This document shows positions 38,898 to 49,657 of a stretch of DNA of 64,000 nucleotides, piece by piece (the first letter of the stretch is position 1; the number at the start of each line of letters is the position of its first letter). Made by a program: the position numbers and the translations under genes. The stretch comes from Thermoproteota archaeon (GTDB lineage Archaea > Korarchaeota > Korarchaeia > Korarchaeales > JAOZGB01). Location of the stretch: the NCBI GenBank assembly GCA_037917685.1, contig JAVCBU010000011.1:64001-128000 (forward strand), in the 5' to 3' direction. Under the pieces are notes generated by a model. The model was not told where the DNA came from and did no database searches. It saw only the letters and a list, made by a program, of their open reading frames with translations.

Positions 38898-40700
38898 GTG
38901 TTCGGTAACACTGGTAGAATATTACGTATAGACCTCTCATCTGGTATATGTAGAGTCATCGAGCCTAAGCTTGAAGAATATGTGAGATTCATAGGTGGGA
39001 GAGGCTTATCGATAAAACTGCTCTATGAAATGGCTGAGCCAGGTGTCGATCCGCTGTCACCAGGAAACCCTCTAATATTTATGGCTGGACCCCTTACCGG
39101 CTCATCTATACCCTACACTTCAAGGATAGCTGTTGTTACGAAGTCTCCACAGACAGGCTTCTACAATAGGTCTATGGCGGGTGGAAGGTTTCCGGCATGG
39201 CTGAAACAGGCCGGCTATGATGGTGTAGTATTAAGTGGAGCCTCGGACAGCTGGATTTACATATTTATTTCCGGAGAAGGCTGTGAGATAAAGGATGCTG
39301 GCAGGCTTAGAGGCTTGAGTACTAGTGAAACGATAAAGGCTTTGAAAGAAACCCATGGCAATAGGGTATCAGTTGCGTGTATAGGCCAGGCAGGCGAAAA
39401 CCTCGTAAACTATGCAAATATCCGGTTTGACATGCACAATTTCGCAGGTAGGGCAGGCGCCGGCTGTGTGATGGGCTCTAAGAAGGTTAAAGCCATAGTG
39501 GTAGAGAAGGGTGAAGGTAGATACAAGCCTAGAGATGTAGAGATGGTTAAAGATATTGCCTTGGAGCTTAACAGGAGAATCAGAGAAGCCGGTATGGAGA
39601 GTTTCAGGAGATATGGCACAGCACAGACTTTACTATTGACGAACGAGCTCGGGGTACTGCCTACTAGGAACTTTCAGACAGGGGTATATGAGCACGCTGA
39701 GAATCTATCTCACCTGGCACTTTACAAGTATTACAGTTTTTCAATAGGCTGCTACGCCTGCCCTGTAGGATGTAAGAAGGCTTACATGTTCGAGAATACT
39801 GTCTATGGGCCTGAATATGAAAGCCTAGCAATGTTGGGGCCTAACCTTGGGATGAAGGATGTGTCTCAGGTTGCAATACTTAATAATCTCTGCAATGAGT
39901 ATGGTATGGATACCATATCAACAGGTGGAACCCTCGCCTTCGTCATGGAGTACTGCCAGAAAAACCCGGAGAAGGCTCCTGTCAAGCTACTATTTGGCGA
40001 CTTTGAATCTGCTAAGAAGGCGATTGAGGATATAGCTTACAGGCGAAACTTCGGAAATATGATGGCCCAGGGTGCTGCTTATCTCTCCACAATACTTCCA
40101 AAGTCGGAAGGCTACGCTGCCCACGTTAAGGGACTTGAAATGCCTGCGTACGACCCTAGGGGGCTTCAAGGCTTCGGCCTTGCCTATGCAATTTCCCCCC
40201 GTGGAGCCTGCCATAACACCTACTCCATGTATAGGGCGGAGGTCTCGCCTGGCAGGGAAACCGACAGGTTTAGTACAGAGGGGAAGACCAAGGTCATTAG
40301 AAGATGGGCTATTAACTATGCAATCTATGAGATGCTTGTATTCTGTAGTTTTGGCCGGGGCCTCGTAGACAGAGAATTTCTCACCTCAGCTCTCAGACAT
40401 GCAACAGACATTGACTACACTGTGGATAATGTTGTAGAGGCCGCGTTGAGGGTGATAACCCTTGAAAGATTATATAACATTAGAGAGGGGTTAAAACCAT
40501 GGATGGATACGCTTCCATCGAGGTTTCTGGAGGAGCCCATGCCGGAGGGTCCAGCAAGAGGTATGACGGTTAAGCTCTGGGATATGCTGGGAGAGGCATA
40601 TGCAGAGTTTGGCTGGGATGAGAACGGTATTCCAAGTGATGAAACCTTGAGGATGCTTGGCCTGGCGGAGTATAAGCCTAGATATCACTCTCTATCATGA
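38898..40700 (+). CDS. aor: Tungsten aldehyde:ferredoxin oxidoreductase family protein
   Basis: GGRG, GPLTG, KSP.TG, GRAG.G.VMGSK, CYACPVGC, EYES, GMDTIS, YDPRG, RGACH, DTLP.RF. Confidence 0.93.
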   Translation: MFGNTGRILRIDLSSGICRVIEPKLEEYVRFIGGRGLSIKLLYEMAEPGVDPLSPGNPLIFMAGPLTGSSIPYTSRIAVVTKSPQTGFYNRSMAGGRFPAWLKQAGYDGVVLSGASDSWIYIFISGEGCEIKDAGRLRGLSTSETIKALKETHGNRVSVACIGQAGENLVNYANIRFDMHNFAGRAGAGCVMGSKKVKAIVVEKGEGRYKPRDVEMVKDIALELNRRIREAGMESFRRYGTAQTLLLTNELGVLPTRNFQTGVYEHAENLSHLALYKYYSFSIGCYACPVGCKKAYMFENTVYGPEYESLAMLGPNLGMKDVSQVAILNNLCNEYGMDTISTGGTLAFVMEYCQKNPEKAPVKLLFGDFESAKKAIEDIAYRRNFGNMMAQGAAYLSTILPKSEGYAAHVKGLEMPAYDPRGLQGFGLAYAISPRGACHNTYSMYRAEVSPGRETDRFSTEGKTKVIRRWAINYAIYEMLVFCSFGRGLVDREFLTSALRHATDIDYTVDNVVEAALRVITLERLYNIREGLKPWMDTLPSRFLEEPMPEGPARGMTVKLWDMLGEAYAEFGWDENGIPSDETLRMLGLAEYKPRYHSLS

Positions 40701-41318
40701 AGTAAGCCTATCTAAAGCCTTCTCGAGGGCTTTACCATGCCTCCATCGATAGTATAAATGATATAATATCTTAGATGCAAGCTTTATAGTTGAAGCCTTG
40801 TTCTGAGCCCACTTGTCAATGTTCTGCCTCCAGCATTCACCTATGATTTCCCATTGAACCTCAGCAAGGGCTTTTGTATCAGCGTTTCTACTGTTTTCAA
40901 GGTTTCAAGGTTTCCATCGCATCTTCAACTCTCTCCCCGGGCATGCCTACTATGATGGTTGCAAGGGGGAAGATACCTGAACTGTTTAGGGTTTGTATAG
41001 CTTCCTTGACAACTACAGGCCATTCTTCAGGCCTGTAGGGTTTGGGTTTCCCAGCCATGCACCTCTTCATCAGGCGTGGACTGCCGGTTTCAATTCCAAC
41101 CTCGAAAGTTGCGTACGCCCTTCCATTTCTCCTCCACATAGAGTAGTCTACTAGGATGTCACCCATCATTTCTGTGAGCTTGTCGTCCCATGCCGCCAGG
41201 GCAAGGGCTGCATGCGCAACCTGGATGTACTCTAAACCTTCAAGTCTAGATATGCTTGAAAATAGCTCGACCAATGCTTTCCTTAGCACCCCTAGAGGGA
41301 TTGGAAATCCCGCGGCGG
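40695..41318 (-). pseudogene. Radical SAM protein C-terminal remnant
   Basis: EVGIETGSPRL, ATIIVGMPGE..ED; no CxxxCxxC; frame break at 8-bp tandem tttcaagg near 40895-40910, continuing as QWEIIGECWRQN in another frame. Confidence 0.72.
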
Positions 41319-42221
41319 CTATTTCTTCCCTGCTAATTTCTCCTTTAAGGCCATGATTGTTAAGATCATGGACAGTGTCCCACCTATAACCCCTATAATC
41401 TTATGGTATTTTGAGATAAGACTCTCCTCCTTTACTATTTCAATCGCGTATTGAACGTCAGGCTTAAATGTTCTCGGTTCGCTCCATTCGCCATTTTTCC
41501 AAAACTGATATTCGATTATAGCTGTACAGTTATACCATCCCTCCGTAGCGGTCTTTGACACTGTGAACTCTGCCGGGCCTAAGGTAAATTCTGATCCAGG
41601 TAAGACCACTCTCCCATCATCTACGAATTCGTAAGTGTTCTTTGGGAGCCAGCCAGCTCCAACACCATAGGATACTATTTTCACTCGGGTGTTCATGTTG
41701 TTTTTAACATTCATGATATAATGCACCAGCCCCCCAGCCGGAAAAGTAGTAGTCTTGTCTAGAATTTCCCATGTGACAGTGAAGGGTTCGGTCACGGTTA
41801 GGTAATATATTTCCGTATCCCAGGTGTCTTTGACTATTTCTCCATTACTGTACCACGCATAGTCAACCTCCAGGTAATAGCTGTTCTCGCCGGGAACCGC
41901 TGTGTCGGGTACTTCAAAACGGATTTCACCAAGACTTCTTTCCTCTCCAACATCTACATGAACAGGGCTGTTGGAATAGTCAATCTGGAAGAAGTATCCT
42001 TCACTTTCCCATTGGAAGTGCACCCCGATCCATATCACATAAAATGGAATCTCTCCGTCGTTACTTATACTTATGGTGATCTCACCCTGGTCTCCCTGCG
42101 CATAGGATGAGTAGTCGAAAACCCAGTAAAGCGTGAATTCGGGCTCTATTTGGAAGGAGATTTGTATGGACAATGGAAGTATAACAAGCAGTGGGAGAAG
42201 GGGTCTCATAGTTATGATCAA
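41319..42221 (-). CDS. Cell-surface protein: signal peptide, two beta-rich Ig-like repeats, C-terminal TM anchor
   Basis: Two similar halves (G...I..N...I...GV...W...F.V...A..G...Y); hydrophobic termini. Confidence 0.7.
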   Translation of the reverse strand: MIITMRPLLPLLVILPLSIQISFQIEPEFTLYWVFDYSSYAQGDQGEITISISNDGEIPFYVIWIGVHFQWESEGYFFQIDYSNSPVHVDVGEERSLGEIRFEVPDTAVPGENSYYLEVDYAWYSNGEIVKDTWDTEIYYLTVTEPFTVTWEILDKTTTFPAGGLVHYIMNVKNNMNTRVKIVSYGVGAGWLPKNTYEFVDDGRVVLPGSEFTLGPAEFTVSKTATEGWYNCTAIIEYQFWKNGEWSEPRTFKPDVQYAIEIVKEESLISKYHKIIGVIGGTLSMILTIMALKEKLAGKK

Positions 42222-42312
42222 CTCGGCATTAAATTATAACTTTAACTTGCTAAGGAGTCCTAGTTCTAGTAGGTTTTAAATTGTTTCAATAGGTCTGACC
42301 TTCAGATGTAAA

Positions 42313-44211
42313 TTGCACCCTGTTCTATCACCTGAAGGGGTTAGAATCGCCCTTCTAGGGAACGAGGCCATTGTTAGAGGAGCTTTGGAGGCAGGTTTAT
42401 CGGTGGCTGCAGCCTATCCCGGCACACCCTCCACCGAGATAGGGGAAACCCTGTCTAAAATCGCTGAAGAATCGGGAGTGTATTTTGAATGGTCGGCTAA
42501 CGAGAAGGTGGCTACAGAGGTAGCTGCAGCGGCTGCATGGTCGGGGCTGAGGAGTATGACTATGATGAAGCATGTGGGCTTCAACGTAGCTAGTGACGCC
42601 ATATTCACGCTGGCATACGCCGGGGTGAAGGCTGGAATGGTTATAGTCTCCGCTGATGATCCCTCGGCCCATTCAAGCCAGAACGAACAGGATAATAGAT
42701 ACTACGCTTTATCCACCTATCTCCCAATGCTCGAGCCATCAAACTCGCAAGAAGCTAAGGACATGACTAAGGATGCATTCGAACTCTCAGAAAGGTATAA
42801 AGTGCCATTCATCATTAGGACAACTACGAGGCTTAGCCATAGTCGCTGGCCGGTTCTAACAGGCCCACTTGAAAAAGGCAGGGGACTCGGGTATTTCACG
42901 CCTGAAAACTGGGATGACTACCTACAGGTTGGAGCTATAGCGAGAAAACACCATAGGAGACTACTAGAAACAGTTTCAAGGATAGAGAGGGAGCTTTCAG
43001 CTGACCAAAGATTTAACAGGGTTGAGGGGGACGGTAAACTTGGAATCCTAACATCAGGCGTCAGCTATAACTATGTCTACGAGGCTCTCAGGGTTCTCAA
43101 TGTTGAAGCAAGGATATTGAAGATGGGCTTAACCTACCCGGTGAGCTTCAAGATCCTCGGCGAGTTCCTCGAAGGGCTTGACCAGGTGATAGTGGTTGAA
43201 GAGCTGGAGCCGTATCTTGAAATGAACCTGATGGCAGCATCAAAGGAGTATAACCCTGAGGTTAGGATTTACGGCAAGTTGTCAGGACACTTCCCAAGGG
43301 TTGCCGAGTACACCCCGCTAATAGTGGTCGAAGGAATAGCCAACATTCTAGGAGCATCTATTCCAAAAGACATAGGGCTTAACCCGATGTATGGGAGTGT
43401 TGAAGCCATGGTTCCACCAAGGCCGCCGGTTCTCTGTCCCGGCTGCCCCCATAGGGCTACAGGGTACGTGCTTAGGAAGGTAACCAGAAAGCGTAAAGAC
43501 ACGATCTTCGTTGGGGATATAGGCTGCTACGCCCTACTCTTCCAGAAGCCCTTTCAAGTCGAGCATATAACACATGCCATGGGGTCATCTATAGGTTTTG
43601 CAAATGGCTTCAGCCAGTCTACCAGGCAGCCTATAGTTGCACTCATAGGAGACTCAACCTTCTTCCACGCAGGTATCCCAGCCCTGGTTAACGCTGTCCA
43701 CAATAAGCATAGATTTCTCACCTTAATCCTTGACAACAGGATCACAGCTATGACTGGACACCAGTCACACCCGGGGGTTCCCTACGATGCAATGGGCAGG
43801 AAAGCACCAGCCTTAGATGTGGAGGCCCTCGTAAAATCTCTTGGAGTGGAATATGTCAAAACAGTTGACCCTTACGACTTTAAAAAGCTTGAGGATGCCA
43901 TTAAAGGGGGATTAGAACATGATGGTGCATCCGTTGTTATAGCTAGACGTGAATGCGCCCTCCTAACAGTTGGTAGGCTCAGAAAGGTGGGTAAGAAGAT
44001 AATTCCCTACAGGGTAAACCCTGAAAAGTGCACTCACTGCAGAGTTTGTATCTCAACGTACTCCTGCCCAGCATTCAAGGATACAGGGGAAAAAGTTGAG
44101 ATAGACCCGGCGGTATGTTTCGGATGCGGATCATGTGTCCCCGTATGTCCATTCAATGCTATAGAACCTTCGGAGGGAGCAAAGCCATGGTTTAAAGGTG
44201 ATGATAAATGA
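42313..44211 (+). CDS. iorA: Indolepyruvate:ferredoxin oxidoreductase alpha subunit
   Basis: GNEAI.RG, YPGTPSTE, NEKVA, MKHVG.NVA.D, SSQNEQD, CPGCPH, GDIGCY, GDSTF.H, C-terminal ferredoxin. Confidence 0.95.
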   Translation: MHPVLSPEGVRIALLGNEAIVRGALEAGLSVAAAYPGTPSTEIGETLSKIAEESGVYFEWSANEKVATEVAAAAAWSGLRSMTMMKHVGFNVASDAIFTLAYAGVKAGMVIVSADDPSAHSSQNEQDNRYYALSTYLPMLEPSNSQEAKDMTKDAFELSERYKVPFIIRTTTRLSHSRWPVLTGPLEKGRGLGYFTPENWDDYLQVGAIARKHHRRLLETVSRIERELSADQRFNRVEGDGKLGILTSGVSYNYVYEALRVLNVEARILKMGLTYPVSFKILGEFLEGLDQVIVVEELEPYLEMNLMAASKEYNPEVRIYGKLSGHFPRVAEYTPLIVVEGIANILGASIPKDIGLNPMYGSVEAMVPPRPPVLCPGCPHRATGYVLRKVTRKRKDTIFVGDIGCYALLFQKPFQVEHITHAMGSSIGFANGFSQSTRQPIVALIGDSTFFHAGIPALVNAVHNKHRFLTLILDNRITAMTGHQSHPGVPYDAMGRKAPALDVEALVKSLGVEYVKTVDPYDFKKLEDAIKGGLEHDGASVVIARRECALLTVGRLRKVGKKIIPYRVNPEKCTHCRVCISTYSCPAFKDTGEKVEIDPAVCFGCGSCVPVCPFNAIEPSEGAKPWFKGDDK

Positions 44212-44807
44212 AGGATACAAATATCATTGTAGCCGGCGTAGGGGGGCAGGGGATTCTTTTCACAACGAATGTAATAGTAAATGCTGCCCTCTATAAAGGG
44301 TTGGAATTCGCCCAAAGCGAGGTTCACGGCCTAGCCCAGAGATATGGGTCTATCCATACAGAGATCAGAATAGGCTCAGGGGTTAAGAGCTCACTTATCT
44401 TGGAGGGGACATTGGACCTTTTGATAGCTATGGAACCATTAGAATCTATGAGGTATGCAAGGTACATATCCAGGAGAACTACAATAGTTTCGAACAGCCA
44501 TATAATTCCATCGCAGGCAGCATACCATGAAAACCTGGAAATACCAACAATAGATGAGATAAGACAAGCATTAGACAAGCTTAAACCTGGGAGAAGGGTT
44601 TTCTTGGATGCTACCAGCCTTGCGATGAAGAAACTAGGGGATCCATTCTTCACCAACACCGTAATGCTAGGCGCAGCTGCCGCGTTTAAAGTGATGCCTT
44701 TAACACCAGAAGACCTCGAGAAAGCCCTGGAAAAGGTGAGCCCGGAAAGGTATAGGGAACAGAATCTAAAAGCTTTCAGGATAGGCATGGAGGCAGTAAC
44801 AGATTAA
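44208..44807 (+). CDS. iorB: Indolepyruvate:ferredoxin oxidoreductase beta subunit
   Basis: GVGGQG, SEVHGLAQR.GS, N.VMLG, N..AF..G. Confidence 0.93.
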   Translation: MKDTNIIVAGVGGQGILFTTNVIVNAALYKGLEFAQSEVHGLAQRYGSIHTEIRIGSGVKSSLILEGTLDLLIAMEPLESMRYARYISRRTTIVSNSHIIPSQAAYHENLEIPTIDEIRQALDKLKPGRRVFLDATSLAMKKLGDPFFTNTVMLGAAAAFKVMPLTPEDLEKALEKVSPERYREQNLKAFRIGMEAVTD

Positions 44808-44924
44808 TGTTCTTTTCAGAAGGCTAAACCCATAGCTACTCTAAGTGTAAACTTCAGATTCGTAGAATGGGTGCAAAATGTTATTATAGGGCTTAGCCTA
44901 ATCCATATTTAGAAGTATTCCGAG

Positions 44925-45326
44925 TTGAGGAGTTTGAAATGTAAACCCGGATGCGTAAAATGCTGCCTTAACACAGAAATGGTTCTTACAGAGTCTGATG
45001 TTGAGAGACTCACTAAAAAGGGCTATGCCAGGGAGTACTATGCTGAATATAGGAATGGCTATCTAAGGCTTAAAAATGTCAATGGTAGATGTGTATTTCT
45101 CCGTGAAAACGGCACCTGTAGAATCTATAAGGTTAGGCCTATAGGCTGCAGGCTTTATCCAGTCATCTACGACCTCGACGAGGATATTGTAAGAGTAGAC
45201 GAAGAATGTCCTGCTAGAGACACCATCTCGGTTGAAGAGTTCAGCAGAGCTGCAAGGATACTCCTGAGAGCTGCATCTGAAGTAGTAAGATCAAAGAACA
45301 TGATTGAAGCTGAACAAAAAATCTAG
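44925..45326 (+). CDS. YkgJ family cysteine-cluster protein
   Basis: CxxxCxxCC, CVFL, CRIY..RP..CRLYP. Confidence 0.88.
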   Translation: MRSLKCKPGCVKCCLNTEMVLTESDVERLTKKGYAREYYAEYRNGYLRLKNVNGRCVFLRENGTCRIYKVRPIGCRLYPVIYDLDEDIVRVDEECPARDTISVEEFSRAARILLRAASEVVRSKNMIEAEQKI

Positions 45327-45724
45327 TCGAAGCAGAGAGCTACCTCTGATATCTGTAGGGATCTCCCCGCCTTTATTGTGTAATTAGTAGACCCGCATGA
45401 GGGACAAGTAAATAATTGAAGTTGAAGTAGAAGATCTGGAAATAAGTGTGCAGAATTTAAATTGTTGCTTCTAGGCTTAGAGCTCCACTCAAAGCTGCAG
45501 TCATTACATTTTAGTAGAGGATCCTCCCACTCTATCTTTACATCCATCCCCTCAGCCCTGGTACCTTTGGAGAAGACTTCTAACGCAAACTTCAGAGAAT
45601 CCTCATCTACCATCCTAAGTTTGCCTATCTTCAATTTTATCCATTTTATCCTAGCATTCGGCCTTCTAGACATCATCCCATTTAGGGATCGAAGAATGGA
45701 CAATGCTATACTGGACTCATGCAC
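45323..45724 (-). CDS. hypA: Hydrogenase maturation nickel metallochaperone HypA
   Basis: MHE.SIA N-terminus, CNDC and CPSCGS zinc sites, GR.L.I. Confidence 0.92.
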   Translation of the reverse strand: MHESSIALSILRSLNGMMSRRPNARIKWIKLKIGKLRMVDEDSLKFALEVFSKGTRAEGMDVKIEWEDPLLKCNDCSFEWSSKPRSNNLNSAHLFPDLLLQLQLFTCPSCGSTNYTIKAGRSLQISEVALCFD

Positions 45725-45737
45725 GATGCTGCACCAC

Positions 45738-47105
45738 TTAATGCTTTAGAAGTCTCTCTTCGTATTTTCTTAAGTATTCCATTGCTTCCCCTACGTCCAT
45801 GAATAGATCATCCACCGCATTGACATCGTCCACCTCAACCTTATCCCGACTGTTTATCTTAGCTTTTTGAGCTGAAAGACTCAGTAGCTGCACTGAGTAT
45901 CTAAGGCTTGTCTTCGTCCCAATCTCCGTTAGCCTCTCAAGGGCTTCATCTGAGAGTTCAACCTTCTCCTCGGCAGCTCTAATCTTAAGAATCTCCCTTA
46001 TCTCTTCAGGCTTATACTCATGGGTTGCGATAATGACGGATCTGTCTATCAGGTCTAGTGGGAAGCCGAGTGGGCTTTTAACATCTGTGCCTCTGATCGT
46101 GGTTACTCCTCTGTTAGTTGCTAGTATTATTATTGGGACAAGCTCACTTTCCCTTGCCCTGCCAAGGAAGCTGAAGGCTTCGAGGTCTAGGAGATGTGAG
46201 TCGTCTATGAATAACACTCCTGGGTGGATATACGCTTTGCCCTCGTCAACCCATTGTTTAACCTGCTCGTCCACAGCCTGCCTAATCTCCGGATCAATCT
46301 CACGTTCTTCAGCACTGCCGAAGAGCAGGGAGAATACGCCGCCTCTCCGTCTTGCATTCATCTGATCGAGATCATGAAGTGTAAGCATATAGACAAATTC
46401 TTTCTCCTTTAGGACCTTTCCCTCCGGCCTAGGTACCTTTCTCCTGGTGTCAACGTCATAGGTCTTGCCAATCTGGCTTTCAAGGCATATACCAACGTCT
46501 GAAACCATTCCCGTCTCTGCATCTATCTGAATAACATGGCCTACTGTTATACCCTGCGATACTATCTGCTGTGCAATCTGTGCGCCAGCCTCTATGGTTT
46601 TTTCCTCGTCTTTCGTCTTCAAGGTGATCCTTACGCTCTCTGGGATTTTCTGGTATGGATTGTAGGGGTGTGGAGCCGTCCTTATATCAATATTCGTGAT
46701 TTCACCTTCATAGACCTTCCTGTACTCGTGTATCTCCACGCCAATAGCCTTCCTTATAGCTTCCATTAGTATCTCTGTTTTCTTCCGCTCGCTACTATAT
46801 ATCTCACTACCACTCATCTGGATGAATGGAACGTTAGGCCCAAGCTCCCTGGAAATCGCGACAGCTATAGCTGTCTTACCAGTTCCAGGGGGACCTGCAA
46901 TTATAATGGTTCTACCACTGAGCTTCCCCTCTTTAACCATCTGCACTATGAGGCCAGCTGCCTCCCTAGCCCTGGTCTGCCCAACCATCCCGTCAGCGAT
47001 GGGTTTGGCCTTAAGATTCTTATCAAGCCCAAGACCCTTAATGTGTGTATGCGCGCCTACTCTCTCCCATCTCTTAACAGCTGGGATCTCCTTGATAGAC
47101 GACAT
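45738..47105 (-). CDS. TIP49/RuvB-like AAA+ ATPase
   Basis: AHTHIKGLGL, GMVGQ..AREAAG, GPPGTGKTA, SEIYS, PGVLFIDDSH, ATNRG, DLIDR, TSLRY. Confidence 0.93.
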   Translation of the reverse strand: MSSIKEIPAVKRWERVGAHTHIKGLGLDKNLKAKPIADGMVGQTRAREAAGLIVQMVKEGKLSGRTIIIAGPPGTGKTAIAVAISRELGPNVPFIQMSGSEIYSSERKKTEILMEAIRKAIGVEIHEYRKVYEGEITNIDIRTAPHPYNPYQKIPESVRITLKTKDEEKTIEAGAQIAQQIVSQGITVGHVIQIDAETGMVSDVGICLESQIGKTYDVDTRRKVPRPEGKVLKEKEFVYMLTLHDLDQMNARRRGGVFSLLFGSAEEREIDPEIRQAVDEQVKQWVDEGKAYIHPGVLFIDDSHLLDLEAFSFLGRARESELVPIIILATNRGVTTIRGTDVKSPLGFPLDLIDRSVIIATHEYKPEEIREILKIRAAEEKVELSDEALERLTEIGTKTSLRYSVQLLSLSAQKAKINSRDKVEVDDVNAVDDLFMDVGEAMEYLRKYEERLLKH

Positions 47106-47576
47106 CACTCATCACCCCAATGCTTAATTAAGATGTAGCCATTAATATTATGCAAGCCCAAACGTATAAAGCTGACGCCTACATGCACTTAACGCCTACC
47201 TATATAACACCAAGGCCAAACTGAGCACGTGTGTGCGAAACTGAGCGCCATGAGTATTCCGCACTTATAACAGTTCTCTACGGCATCCTCGAAGACTGCG
47301 AACCTCTGCTTTCATCGGTCTGCGAGGGTGGATCCTATATATGGGCATTCGAAAAGATATCTGTAGTATTCCAAAAGGCGAAGTAATCCTAAACCTATTT
47401 TGTTTATTGGGATAACTGTGATTGTCATAGCAGTATTCCTACTTGTTACATTCTGCGGTGAGATCCCTTGTTAAAGGCAGCAATGTTCAAAATATGTAGA
47501 TCTAACAGGAAAATAGCTTTCCCCCACCTATTTCCGAACATCAACTTTTAAAAGAGTTTTCCTATCGCATAGTGGT

Positions 47577-47972
47577 ATGGATAGCTGTACATTCTGCAGG
47601 ATAATCAGGGGTTTAAGTCCGGCCGCCTTTGTCTACAAGGATGAATTTGCAGTAGCGTTCATGGATAGGTTTCCGCTATCGAAAGGACATGTTCTAGTAG
47701 TCCCCAAAAAACACTATGAACAGATATATGATATGGGTATAGAGGATGCTGTAAGACTTTTCAAAGTGGCATATCGGGTTGCAGGTATGATTCAGAAGGT
47801 GCTAGAGCCAGATGGCATGAGGATTCTTCAAAACAATGGGGGTGCCGCTGGCCAAGTTATCCCTCATGTCCACTTTCACCTGATTCCAGCTTACTACCAC
47901 GCTCCGCTAATGCGGAAGAGTGCATCTATGGAGGAGTTAGAAGAGATAGCGAGCCTCATTAGGGGAGGCTAA
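47577..47972 (+). CDS. HIT family nucleotide hydrolase
   Basis: CTFC, GH.LVVPK.H, AGQ.IPHVHFHLIP. Confidence 0.93.
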   Translation: MDSCTFCRIIRGLSPAAFVYKDEFAVAFMDRFPLSKGHVLVVPKKHYEQIYDMGIEDAVRLFKVAYRVAGMIQKVLEPDGMRILQNNGGAAGQVIPHVHFHLIPAYYHAPLMRKSASMEELEEIASLIRGG

Positions 47973-48029
47973 AGTTAAATATACGAATTATACATTAAAG
48001 TTAAAGGTTCTCCTATAGTTGCCTGGATT

Positions 48030-49454
48030 GTGAAGGGGCTAGGATTAGGATTTTATGATTTAGCGCCTCTCCTGATAATTACAGTACACTTCCTAATGAT
48101 TCCATTTCTGTGGGATGTGCTCCCAAGCGGGATGCCTGACACACCCTACCATTTGCTAATGGGGAAAATGTTCTCGGACCATGGGAGGGTGTGCCTATGG
48201 GACTACTACGAGTACGCCCCTGAAGGTAGGCCAAACCTTTACCCTCCACTCCTACACGTGATAATATGGCTTGCCCATGACGCCACTGGCGTAGACTACT
48301 GGACAATAGGGAAGGCTATATCCGCACTTCAGTATCCCCTCTCCCTACTGGCTATATGGCTATTTGCAAGGACTTTGTATGGAAAAGCTGTAGGAGCATA
48401 CTCCACTGTTTTCGCCTCAACCGTTATGAGGTTTTGGTGGCAACAAGCTTCAGTAGCCCCTTCCTCAACCATCGCGATGCTGCTACCCCTTTACATGATT
48501 GCAGTGTTTCGAAGGAGTCAAGTAGGGATTTTTACACTCCTTACTTCCTTCCTGTACCTTCACCTGGGCTTTCCGCTTGTCATAATACTTTGTACAGTGA
48601 TATATGCCGTGATAATAAGAGATCGGGGGATTTTGAAGCCTATCATCGCGTCATTTGTAGTCTATTTGCCATGGCTTTTCCATCTATGGACATATCGAAG
48701 CTGGATTGGCGAAGGCGTAAGTGGAATGCGCGGTCTCAGAGTAGCCTGGGAAACAAATCTACTCTACTTATCATTCACAATCTTAGGCGTGGTTATAGCG
48801 ATAATAAAGCTCAGAGAGAAAAGATATAATTTGACACTTGTTTTCTCAGCTGGAATGTTGGCTGTACTATTCGCCTACGGCTTCAGATATTTTTATCATT
48901 CCCCTCCCGTGAACTCGGTTCTGGCAGGGATAGGGGCTTTATGGATTGGTACAGCAATCTCAAAGAAGCTGAATATCAGGAGAGATTTGGTTTATGGTCT
49001 ACTACTGGTCGGCTTGGCTTGCTTAACTTTCACGAAGCTACCGTACCTCCATCTTAGACCAGGTATCGGAGTTCACATGGGTGACTCCATAACGTGCAAG
49101 CTCTTAGACCACGTATCAGGAGATAGCAGTTTCCCCTACGGCTGGAAATGGAACGATGATCCATACTTGCCCCTCATTATCAAGTGGATAGAGGAAAATA
49201 CAATGCCAAACACTATAATACACACTAGAAGTGGTATTTTAGGGGACTACCTAGCCCTACTCTCAGATAGAAGAACCAGCACAGGAATGTTTGCGGAAGT
49301 GAAACCTGATTACTGGCAGCGAAAAATAAAACCGGATGGGGGAATTTTCATCTTTACAGAAGAGGAATACAATAGAATTCCACAGCAAGTTAAACGAAAT
49401 GTAAGGATAGAGGTGGAATTCGGGCCCTACCTGATTGGAATCCCTAGAGTGTAG
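48030..49454 (+). CDS. Multi-pass membrane protein, GT-C glycosyltransferase-like
   Basis: TM1 followed by D.PYH and YPPLLH loop motifs, about 10 TM segments, soluble C-terminal domain (WI.ENT). Confidence 0.6.
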   Translation: MKGLGLGFYDLAPLLIITVHFLMIPFLWDVLPSGMPDTPYHLLMGKMFSDHGRVCLWDYYEYAPEGRPNLYPPLLHVIIWLAHDATGVDYWTIGKAISALQYPLSLLAIWLFARTLYGKAVGAYSTVFASTVMRFWWQQASVAPSSTIAMLLPLYMIAVFRRSQVGIFTLLTSFLYLHLGFPLVIILCTVIYAVIIRDRGILKPIIASFVVYLPWLFHLWTYRSWIGEGVSGMRGLRVAWETNLLYLSFTILGVVIAIIKLREKRYNLTLVFSAGMLAVLFAYGFRYFYHSPPVNSVLAGIGALWIGTAISKKLNIRRDLVYGLLLVGLACLTFTKLPYLHLRPGIGVHMGDSITCKLLDHVSGDSSFPYGWKWNDDPYLPLIIKWIEENTMPNTIIHTRSGILGDYLALLSDRRTSTGMFAEVKPDYWQRKIKPDGGIFIFTEEEYNRIPQQVKRNVRIEVEFGPYLIGIPRV

Positions 49455-49657
49455 TTGAATGCGGGATGGTTTGTCCAATGCTTCTTCACATCTGCAGTGT
49501 GTTCTAGCCTATTATTTTTCTTTAGATACTCCGTCAGCTTTTGAAAAATAGTCTTTCAGGTTCTTAATATTCTTGCGAGAAGATGTGGAGGATCGTGGCG
49601 GCTAAGCCATAGAATGCGAGATGAGCCTTCTCATCGTTCAATGTAATGTTTTGGAAC

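Noticed and set aside
47200-47560. Possible gene remnant in the TIP49-HIT intergenic region
   Set aside because: Short frames on both strands with no recognisable family
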